DNA of 35,680 bases, from sequence record SRR20825006_932. One strand, written 5' to 3'. Positions 28,901 to 35,680 of this stretch are shown piece after piece. Made by a program: the position numbers and the translations under genes. Under the pieces are notes generated by a model. It did no database searches and was not told the DNA's origin. It worked only from the letters and a program-made list of their open reading frames with translations. How positions within the stretch are numbered: position 1 is the stretch's first letter; every line of letters starts with the position of its first letter.

Positions 28901-29600
28901 GACTATGATTGACCTGTTCAACCGTCCAGTACTTTGTGGAAAGTTGAATGGCGTATTTCCCAAATGGGTCAAAAATCGCCTGAAGTTGATTGAAATCTGC
29001 TAATACATTAGCTAACAGAAGTTGTAATAGAAACAGAATAAGGATGGTTATGAATCCTGAGTAGATGCTCCTAGAAATACTTATAGTAAGGAATACAAAG
29101 GCTCCGAAAACGAATATATTCGGAATTATAATTTCCATATACACTCTAAAGTATGCCAATGCATCAAATGAAGTTAGAAGCTTTTGGTTAACTCCAGGAA
29201 TACTACATCCAAGAATAAACCCTAAGCCAAGCATAGTATAAAGAAGGCTCGTAATGATAAAGGCACTGCCAAATTTTGCAGCTAAATAATCTTTTTTAGA
29301 AAAGGGATAAGTGTAGAGGATGAAATGGCAACGAGATTTATAATCGCGATATAATGAACCACCAAAAAAGATGGGTATAGAGAAAATAAGGAAAAGGTTT
29401 AGTGTTGAATATCCCGAGTAAAAACTTAACGGTGAGTTAACAAAATAAACAGTTTCGGGAATGGAGCTATGGCTATCAAAAAGCCCAGAAGTACCAGCGC
29501 TTCCAAGTGCGCTTACAACAAATACCAGCCCTAGATAAATGTAAGTTGAAGGCTGCTTAAACCAGTATTTTAATTCAAATGTAAATATAGTTGTAAACAT
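25971..29600 (-). CDS. ABC-2-type permease fused to an M1-family zinc aminopeptidase domain
   Basis: Duplicated multi-TM N-terminal half, then a soluble domain with HETAH...LSESLAEY and YITYRKG. Confidence 0.9.
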   Translation of the reverse strand: MFTTIFTFELKYWFKQPSTYIYLGLVFVVSALGSAGTSGLFDSHSSIPETVYFVNSPLSFYSGYSTLNLFLIFSIPIFFGGSLYRDYKSRCHFILYTYPFSKKDYLAAKFGSAFIITSLLYTMLGLGFILGCSIPGVNQKLLTSFDALAYFRVYMEIIIPNIFVFGAFVFLTISISRSIYSGFITILILFLLQLLLANVLADFNQLQAIFDPFGKYAIQLSTKYWTVEQVNHSPLPFSTLFLWNRICWLSISLLVIVFLYRTFNFSQTSAPLFSRNKKSRSVLKLSSLKKPTLNISRATLSFSNIQNIKNVWFLSKHDFRFILGDWSFRILALTSLLFGFFALSKMNEAFGVSSYPVTWKMLELPIQLFSFIISVITFLYAGLLIHRARNAGINQLIDSTPVPNWVFLSSKFTALIKVQMLLLSLIMFAGIAVQLSQGYYHLEIGLYLFELFVVNLITLVLFAALAFLVQSIISNTYLGFFLLLFTFLSIPELSKIGIDQLVFKFNMAPNVSYSDLDAYGSSLAPYFTYKLYWGILSGSFLLSALLFWERELTSSLSERVGISFHRFRGKLAFYISILFVGFVIVGVNIYSYENSPNNRYSALLEEQIRAQSEIRYKKYEKIQQPKITSVFVEMDLFPESQSFEATGFYTVVNKTLSPIDTLLISYDFRAQTSLIPDAAYSKIVSDSLVRVDILSLHKPLNPGDSLKFQFTIQNYQNTLLSTKSVVKSNGSFLQSSLFPRLGYRNLELENNDVREKYRLPVKEVSVEPVDSSALNRVSKYTDADLIDFEAIVSTTKNQTAISAGSLLETWTAENRAYYHYKTDSKIRFGFTFNSGRYSVKKDIWKNLSIEIYYHQNHSFNLEEMIAGLKASLEYNTTHFGPFQHKQIRIVEFPKTYGTFATVFGNVIPYSEALGFIINTSTINSDGVNIPFTVSAHETAHIWWGKQVESADVPGSTMLSESLAEYVSLKVLEKVHGKDKMETFLKYDMDLYLKGRSQDTFDERPLMFALPEQDYITYRKGALVFYALSDYLGENVLNDVLKSYLKKVKFQEAPFTTSTELVNYIRKSTPDSLQYLIKDLFETITFYDNRINSASVTPLKNGSYQVNVSFNITKYRSDKNGQKFYSDRVTNSSNSHTPKNDKPLYSLPLNDYIDIGIMDLSGKLMYLRKHNISKINNELTFVLDTKPGEIAIDPFHKLIELEQDDNRQKF

Positions 29601-29608
29601 TGAAGCCC

Positions 29609-30493
29609 TTAGTTATTGGTGTCTGACTTTAGCGTAAGGAAGTAAACATCATCCAACTTCGGGCGGGCAGAAATAAAGCTTTCGTCGATGTTAGTCTGTG
29701 CAAAAACTCTAATTGAAAGCTTATTTTCTTTTGTGTAATTGGAAGAAAGCACTTCACATTTTTTCTCGTAATGGCTGAGTTCTTCAGGCTGAATTACTTT
29801 AGTCCAAATTCGACCTTCTAAAGCAGAGGTTGCTTGGTAGGGTGTTGTTTTTGTGAGAATTTTACCCTGATTAAGAATAGCCAAATGAGTGCATAAATCG
29901 GTTACATCTTCAACAATATGTGTGGAGAAAATGACCGTATTTAAATTACCAACTTCACGAATTACATTTAAAAAACGATGTCTCTCTGTGGGGTCTAGTC
30001 CAGCTGTTGGTTCATCTACAATTATTAATCTTGGTTTGTTAAGCAGCATTTGGGCAATTCCAAAACGTTGCTTCATCCCACCAGAATAACCATCTACGTG
30101 TTTAGTACGCACTTCATATAGATTGGTAATTTCGAGGACTTCTTGAACGATTTTTGTCCTTTCAACTTTAGAGGAAATTCCTTTTAATCTTGCAAAATAA
30201 TCCAAAAGGTTTTCGGCAGAAAGTTTAGGGTACACACCAAACTCTTGTGGAAGATATCCTAATAGTTTCCGAAGACTCATCGGGTCATCTAGAATGTTAA
30301 TCTCATTGAAATAAATGTTACCAGAGTCAGGATTCTGTAGAGTCGCAATAGTTCGCATTAACGTGGATTTGCCAGCACCATTTGGGCCTAGTAGTCCAAA
30401 CATTCCCGTTCCTATCTCAAGGTTTAAACCATCCATTGCTTTTACGCCATTAGGGTAAGTTTTAGAAAGATTGGTAATAGACAGGCTATTCAT
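29609..30493 (-). CDS. ABC transporter ATP-binding protein
   Basis: Walker A GPNGAGKS, signature YSGGM, Walker B IIVDEP and H-loop STH. Confidence 0.96.
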   Translation of the reverse strand: MNSLSITNLSKTYPNGVKAMDGLNLEIGTGMFGLLGPNGAGKSTLMRTIATLQNPDSGNIYFNEINILDDPMSLRKLLGYLPQEFGVYPKLSAENLLDYFARLKGISSKVERTKIVQEVLEITNLYEVRTKHVDGYSGGMKQRFGIAQMLLNKPRLIIVDEPTAGLDPTERHRFLNVIREVGNLNTVIFSTHIVEDVTDLCTHLAILNQGKILTKTTPYQATSALEGRIWTKVIQPEELSHYEKKCEVLSSNYTKENKLSIRVFAQTNIDESFISARPKLDDVYFLTLKSDTNN

Positions 30494-30561
30494 CGGATTG
30501 GAGTTAATTAGATTTGTCTCTAATCGAAGGATATGAAAGACAGGTTATGATCAGAAATATT

Positions 30562-30591
30562 TGTGACGAAGCTGTCTTTAAATGTTATGAA
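30562..30591. promoter_or_regulatory. LytTR-type direct repeat upstream of the ABC/peptidase/two-component operon
   Basis: TGTGACGAA (30562-30570) and TGTTATGAA (30583-30591): 9-bp imperfect repeats with a 12-bp spacer. Confidence 0.6.
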
Positions 30592-30669
30592 CTTATATCT
30601 CTAGCACTTAGCTTTGACTCTCTTTGCTTTCGGAAATGGGTAGAGGAGGTTTAACTCTTAAGAATTAGC

Positions 30670-31503
30670 ATGAAATATCTTTTAGTTGTTGGAATAATAT
30701 TCTGTTGCTCAATGGGGGCTTATTCCCAAACTACGGTGGGAGGCACGATTTTAGATGCAGAAACATCTCACCCAATCCCATACGTAAATATTGGAATACC
30801 TATACTTATGAAAGGAACCGTAAGTGGTAGTGATGGAAAATTCACACTCGGATTTAGCACTAAAAGTGATTCTGTTACTATTTCTGCTATTGGTTATATC
30901 ACAAAAAAGATGACTGTAGAGAATATTTTTAAGAATCGTGAAGTTTATCTTGCACCGAAGGTGTATCAGGTTGAAGATATTGTGGTTTACGCAAAGGATT
31001 TGGGTAATGAGAAAATCTTAGGCAACAAGATTAAAAAGAAAGAGCAAAGTATAAGTTTTGGGAATGCAAATTTAGGAACCGAAATAGGCGTTAAAGTTGA
31101 AGCAAAGCGCAAAATTCGAATCGAAAGTGCCCATTTCATTATTAATTTTGTTGGGGCAGAAGACTTACTATATAGAGTGAATATCTACAAAATGGATGGG
31201 GATAAAGTTGGTGAGAATCTACTTCCTGAAAACGTAATTATTCAAGGAAAACAGTTGAAGGGGACGTTAACGGTAGACCTTTCAAAATATGAGATGGTGA
31301 TTGAAGGAGAGGTGCTACTTTCGCTTGAATACATTGAAGGGAGTCTCGACTCGAATACAGGAATTGCCTTTAGAGCAAAAAAAGGTGCACGAAGGAAAGC
31401 CGATACTTTTATGAAATACACCAGTTTATCGGAATACCGAAAAGTTGAATTTGTGAACTATCAACTTGGCTTTTATCTAGTGGGAAGAGAAGTGGTTGAA
31501 TAA
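30670..31503 (+). CDS. Secreted protein with an N-terminal CarboxypepD_reg-like domain
   Basis: Signal peptide, then GTILDAETSHPIPYVNIGI..GTVSGSDGKFTL..ISAIGY..VEDIVV. Confidence 0.85.
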   Translation: MKYLLVVGIIFCCSMGAYSQTTVGGTILDAETSHPIPYVNIGIPILMKGTVSGSDGKFTLGFSTKSDSVTISAIGYITKKMTVENIFKNREVYLAPKVYQVEDIVVYAKDLGNEKILGNKIKKKEQSISFGNANLGTEIGVKVEAKRKIRIESAHFIINFVGAEDLLYRVNIYKMDGDKVGENLLPENVIIQGKQLKGTLTVDLSKYEMVIEGEVLLSLEYIEGSLDSNTGIAFRAKKGARRKADTFMKYTSLSEYRKVEFVNYQLGFYLVGREVVE

Positions 31504-31554
31504 AAATCATTTCCTCTGTAAGCGAAAAAACGAATGCTTAACCAGAGGAAATGA
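31502..31554 (-). terminator. Hairpin terminator between convergent genes
   Basis: TCATTTCCTCTG (31507-31518) and CAGAGGAAATGA (31543-31554) with inner TAAGC/GCTTA; followed by UUUUU on the minus strand. Confidence 0.75.
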
Positions 31555-31565
31555 GGAAGAAAGTG

Positions 31566-31670
31566 TTATTTATCTTTGCGTTTAGAGGCTTTGTCAGCTC
31601 GCTTTTCTTTCAAGCTTTTAGTTGGTGCCTTTTTAGCAGAATTCTTTTTAATCGATTTTTCTTTTGACAT
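31566..31670 (-). CDS. Unannotated 34-aa Lys-rich small protein
   Basis: MSKEKSIKKNSAKKAPTKSLKEKRADKASKRKDK. Shine-Dalgarno-like AAGGGAG 6 nt before the ATG; terminator hairpin starts 11 nt after the stop. Confidence 0.75.
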   Translation of the reverse strand: MSKEKSIKKNSAKKAPTKSLKEKRADKASKRKDK

Positions 31671-31835
31671 AATAATCTCCCTTTCTATTATGACTTTAGA
31701 CTTTGCTTTAGCTAGGTTTTCTAGCAAGTTTAAGTCTTATAAAATAGTAGTCATAATTCCTTTAACTTCTAGTTTTTAAATAAGGAGAATCTAGATGCTA
31801 TGAATAACCAAAGAATCAGAGTTTGAAATTTATGC

Positions 31836-33005
31836 TTAGCTCAAGCACTCTACGAGCACATCAATTACGGTATCGATTTCCTCTTTAGTAATTACGAGTG
31901 GCGGTACTAAGCGAATCACATTTCCACCTGCAGCATTAGAAAGTACTTTGCGTTCAAACATTTTCTCAACAACTGGTCGAGCTGGTTTATCTAACTCAAC
32001 GCCGATCATAAGTCCAAGTCCACGTACATCAACTACAGTGGATAGATGAGCTGTTTTTTGTTTGATTTGCTCCATCATGTACGCACCTTTTTCTGTGGCT
32101 TGCTCGAGAAGGTGCTCATCCTCAATGGTTTGAAGTGTGGCATTAGCAACTGCACATGCAAAAGGATTTCCACCGAAAGTGGTTCCGTGATTTCCAAAAC
32201 TAAGAACAGAGGCAATGTCTTCTTTGGCCATTAAAGCACCAATAGGAATGCCACCAGCTAGTGCTTTTGCCGAAGCCACAATATCAGGCTGAACTCCAAA
32301 ATGCTCAAAAGACCAAAATTTACCAGTTCGTCCAACACCAGTTTGTACTTCATCAACTATTAAAAGGATGTTCAAGTCATCGCACAGTTTGCGTACTTTT
32401 TGGAAGAACACTTGCTCAACCACGTGTACGCCACTATTTCCTTGAATGGTTTCAAAAGCAATGGCAATGGTATTGGCGTCGGCAACCTTTTCTAGAGCTT
32501 CGAAGTCGTTAAATGGAGATTGTTGAAATCCAGCAGGCAATGGAGAAAATCCTTGTTGGTAACCTTCTGCACTCATGGTTATAGTTGCTACCGATCTTCC
32601 ATGAAAACCACTTTTCAACGAGATAATATTTCCAGTTTTGCCGTGTTCGTGACCCCATTTTCTGGCAAGCTTTACAGCAGCTTCCATAGCTTCCATACCG
32701 CTATTGCATAGAAATACACGTTCTAAGCCAGATAATTTAGCTAAACGCTCCACGAAATTGCTTTGGGCTTCGGTGTAATAGAAATTAGAAACGTGAAGTA
32801 ATTTATCAGCTTGGGATTTTATTGCCGCCACAACTTTAGGGTGACAATGCCCGAGATTATTAACAGCGATTCCTCCCAGCACATCAATATATTCATCGCC
32901 ATTAGTGTCCCAAACTTTGGCGCCAAGACCGTGGTCTAATGTAACAGGATATCGGTTGTAAACTTGGAAGTGATGGCGGTTTTCGAGCTGTTGTGCATTA
33001 TCCAT
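31836..33005 (-). CDS. argD: Acetylornithine aminotransferase (class III PLP enzyme)
   Basis: GIAVNNLGHCHP, FHGRS, DEVQTGVGRTG, AKALAGG, HGTTFGGNP and RLVPPL motifs. Confidence 0.88.
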   Translation of the reverse strand: MDNAQQLENRHHFQVYNRYPVTLDHGLGAKVWDTNGDEYIDVLGGIAVNNLGHCHPKVVAAIKSQADKLLHVSNFYYTEAQSNFVERLAKLSGLERVFLCNSGMEAMEAAVKLARKWGHEHGKTGNIISLKSGFHGRSVATITMSAEGYQQGFSPLPAGFQQSPFNDFEALEKVADANTIAIAFETIQGNSGVHVVEQVFFQKVRKLCDDLNILLIVDEVQTGVGRTGKFWSFEHFGVQPDIVASAKALAGGIPIGALMAKEDIASVLSFGNHGTTFGGNPFACAVANATLQTIEDEHLLEQATEKGAYMMEQIKQKTAHLSTVVDVRGLGLMIGVELDKPARPVVEKMFERKVLSNAAGGNVIRLVPPLVITKEEIDTVIDVLVECLS

Positions 33006-33067
33006 TAAGGAGAAGTATTAAATTGTTGAACGTTCAGAAAATACTTGTTTTGGTACAAAATGCATTA

Positions 33068-34045
33068 TCAAATTATGGAATATTTATTTTCTGAAAAGGA
33101 AACACATTTATCCTTTGAAATACGCTCTAAATCAACTCCAAGGAAGTCTAGTGGATTGTAGAAGACCATTTTTTCTAGTTCTGCTTCTGAAACAAGACCT
33201 AAACTAGCCATATAATTTGCACACTCTAGCATAGTGTAAGATGAACCAACTAAATATCCCGTTGCGTTGTTATATAACTTGCCGCTTTTATCTAGGCGAA
33301 TATCAAGCCCGAGTGAAGAGTAATGGCCCTCAGGCATTCCTGCAAAAGGAGAGGCATCACTTACTATGAAGCAACGCTCTGAACCACGAGTAAGCCAAAT
33401 AAGCTTTATAAGTTCTTCGGGGATGTGAAAGCCATCAGTGATCATCATTGCGATTAAATCATCAGAAGCGAGACCAGAAATAAGAGCATTCTTATGACGA
33501 TCCACCAAATGTGGATTCGCATTTCCTAAATGAGTTAACCCTCGAGCTCCTGCTTTATGCAGTTCAGCGATTTGTTGGTAGGTAGCTATTTGGTGACCGA
33601 GAGATATGGTGATTCCTTGTTCTGAAGCAAATCCACAAACTTCTTTTGCGCCTTCTAACTCGGAAGCAATAGTCAGCAATTTGATATTTCCCTCCGACCA
33701 ATTAATAAGTTTTTTAAGAAAGGGTAGATTTGGTTTTTGAATGTATTGTTTGGGATGAGCTCCACGTGCACCATCAACTAAAGAGAGAAAAGGACCTTCT
33801 ATGTGAAACCCTAGAACCATCTGCTGAACTTCCTTATTGGCTCTCATTGCAGAGCACATGATGGCTAGATTCTGCTCGTAAATTTCTTCAGACGCAGTTA
33901 CAATAGTAGGGAGAAAGGCAACGGTACCATTATTTTTTAGCGCCTTACAGCTTTCAATAAAATCGGTTTCTGTGAGTGATAGTGAGGAATAATCAACACC
34001 CATATAGCCATTAACTTGTAAATCTACAAAACCAGGAATTGTCAT
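33068..34045 (-). CDS. nagA: N-acetylglucosamine-6-phosphate deacetylase-like amidohydrolase (short form)
   Basis: PGFVDLQVNG, HIEGPF, RGAH, LGH, THLGN, DGFH and SDA motifs. TAATG overlap with the symporter stop. Confidence 0.85.
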   Translation of the reverse strand: MTIPGFVDLQVNGYMGVDYSSLSLTETDFIESCKALKNNGTVAFLPTIVTASEEIYEQNLAIMCSAMRANKEVQQMVLGFHIEGPFLSLVDGARGAHPKQYIQKPNLPFLKKLINWSEGNIKLLTIASELEGAKEVCGFASEQGITISLGHQIATYQQIAELHKAGARGLTHLGNANPHLVDRHKNALISGLASDDLIAMMITDGFHIPEELIKLIWLTRGSERCFIVSDASPFAGMPEGHYSSLGLDIRLDKSGKLYNNATGYLVGSSYTMLECANYMASLGLVSEAELEKMVFYNPLDFLGVDLERISKDKCVSFSENKYSII

Positions 34046-35508
34046 TAAATTTGATCTTTTTTAAGTGATTGATAGAAGATTTCATCAACTCCGAGTTTGG
34101 AGCCTTCTTTTAGGATGAGGCCAAGAGATGCATAGATGGCAAAGGAAATTAATACAGGACTTGCTATCTCAATTACTTGACTTGTGTCTATTATATATTT
34201 TGTGGCGATGAAAGTTAGCAAGCCTCCAACAATGGAAGCTATCGCAGAAATCGGGCCTGAGTTATGAAACGGTCGTAATAAACCCAGCAACATGGGGATG
34301 GCAATTGGACCGACCAATGCGCCAAACCAGCTAATTATTAATCCAAATACACCACCGAATAACTCAGCTTGCGTGGCCATTATTACAGTGAGCAATGTAA
34401 AACTAAAGGTAACAAAGCGAGCTATTTTAAGAGAAGATTCTTCTGTGAATGAAGTGAATTTAGGAAGGATGTCTCGGGTGATTACCGCAGAGATGGTATT
34501 TACGTCAGAGGAAGTCATAGACATTGTATTTGCAAACATAGAAGCCAAGACCAAGCCGACTAACCCTGCTGGTAATAGTTCTTGTGTAAGTAGCGCATAG
34601 GAAGTATTTGGTGCTTCCAGACCTGGTAATAAAATAGGAGCAGCCCACATTGGGAAAAACAAAATGAGTGGCCAGAAAAGGTATAAAATACCAGATAACC
34701 GAGCTGCTTTTGTAGCGGTGTTGCCATCAGGGGAAGAAATGTATCGAGTGGCAAGATTCCAAGTTCCACCATTATAACTCAGGAAATTGATAACCAAAAA
34801 GGCGAGCGCGAACCAAACAGTATAGGGCTCATTAAAAGGGAGACTATGGCTTTCAGGTAGGCGATCCCAAAGAGTAAAAATGGAATCAGAACCCAGCCTT
34901 TTCAGAACTACGATAAACATCACAATACCAGCGATTATCTGAACTACAAACTGTGCAAAATCTGTCCAAACATCCGCCCATAAACCACCAACAGTAATGT
35001 AAACAAGAGAAATTCCGCCCGAAAGCATAATTCCCCAAAACAATGAAACACCAGTGAAGATATTCAGCAATATGGCAATAGCGGCCCATTTAGCAGCAAC
35101 ATCAAAAAGCTTTAGGACCACGCCACTCCAAGCCATTATCTGTTGGGTAATGGCATTATATCTCTTTTCAAGATATTCCATGGGAGATTCAACGCTATAG
35201 TGAATTCTTAACCTTGCCCAAGCAGGAGGGAAGATTTTTGAACCCGCAAATATGGAGATGGCTATTGTTAATGCCCACCAAAAGTAAATAGAAATTCCAT
35301 TTGTGTAAGCCATTGCTGCATATGCCACAAAAACAGCACCGCTATAGCCAGAAACATGATGAGAAATACCTGAAAGCCACCAAGGGAGCTTGCCACCAGC
35401 TACAAAAAAATCTTTAGTGGAGCCTACTTTTTTAAACGACCAGAACCCAATTACAACCATAACCAAAAAGAAGAGAAAAAGGACAATCCAGTCAAAATTT
35501 TGCATCAA
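34045..35508 (-). CDS. Sodium:solute symporter (SSS family), probably for a sugar or amino sugar
   Basis: About 13 TM segments; DFFVAGGKLPWWLSGIS, EYLEKRY, GGLWADVWTDFAQ and LPAGLVGLVLASMFANTMS motifs. Confidence 0.93.
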   Translation of the reverse strand: MMQNFDWIVLFLFFLVMVVIGFWSFKKVGSTKDFFVAGGKLPWWLSGISHHVSGYSGAVFVAYAAMAYTNGISIYFWWALTIAISIFAGSKIFPPAWARLRIHYSVESPMEYLEKRYNAITQQIMAWSGVVLKLFDVAAKWAAIAILLNIFTGVSLFWGIMLSGGISLVYITVGGLWADVWTDFAQFVVQIIAGIVMFIVVLKRLGSDSIFTLWDRLPESHSLPFNEPYTVWFALAFLVINFLSYNGGTWNLATRYISSPDGNTATKAARLSGILYLFWPLILFFPMWAAPILLPGLEAPNTSYALLTQELLPAGLVGLVLASMFANTMSMTSSDVNTISAVITRDILPKFTSFTEESSLKIARFVTFSFTLLTVIMATQAELFGGVFGLIISWFGALVGPIAIPMLLGLLRPFHNSGPISAIASIVGGLLTFIATKYIIDTSQVIEIASPVLISFAIYASLGLILKEGSKLGVDEIFYQSLKKDQI

Positions 35509-35680
35509 GAAATAGTAATGAGTTGATAAAGAAAGGTATGCCGAGTATACCTACTTGAAGTTACTATTTCTTTGTTGGAAAGCAAGGGTAGGTTGTCACT
35601 TTAGTCGTATTTTTAAATTACTACTGCTTGCAGTGGAACAGAATTACTCTATATCTATTTAATGATAGTGAGTCGTTTTG

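Noticed and set aside
31576..31779. 67-aa plus-strand ORF in the ORF track
   Set aside because: TTG start with no support. It is the antisense of the Lys-rich minus-strand gene, which has the RBS and terminator.
33068..34045. nagA as a truncated pseudogene
   Set aside because: All catalytic motifs are intact and the start is coupled to the upstream stop, which fits a natural short form.
35534..35552. AGGTAT-N7-ATACCT inverted repeat upstream of the SSS symporter
   Set aside because: A single 6-bp palindrome is expected by chance, and there is no second copy or regulator in the window.

Overview
AT-rich bacterial chromosomal window, most likely from a Balneolaceae/Rhodothermota-type FCB-group organism. 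This is inferred from the QNFPNPFNP-type secretion C-terminal domains and the gene content. Left end (1-9158, minus strand): three large secreted proteins in tandem. Two are complete, carry T9SS-type C-terminal domains and share a ~480-aa C-terminal module; the third is DUF2341-like and cut by the window edge. Next are a divergent rfbD-rfbC-rfbB-EVE operon (no rfbA), a GyrI-like gene with a palindromic operator, dcd-bfd-like-rsmE, and a minus-strand block DUF1835-satD-DUF3307-TfoX with a tandem operator in front of satD. These are followed by a divergent Na/Pi cotransporter and phosphate porin pair with Pho-box-like repeats, a nitrilase, ltaE, and an ABC ATPase/permease-M1 peptidase/LytS/LytTR operon with a LytTR-type direct repeat. 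The right end holds a CarboxypepD_reg-like protein, an unannotated 34-aa Lys-rich gene, argD, nagA and an SSS symporter. No rRNA, tRNA, CRISPR array or mobile element was seen. The best candidates for undescribed systems are the SatD/DUF3307 module, the ABC/M1-peptidase/LytTR module and the modular secreted-protein array. All family assignments come from reading motifs, not from database searches.
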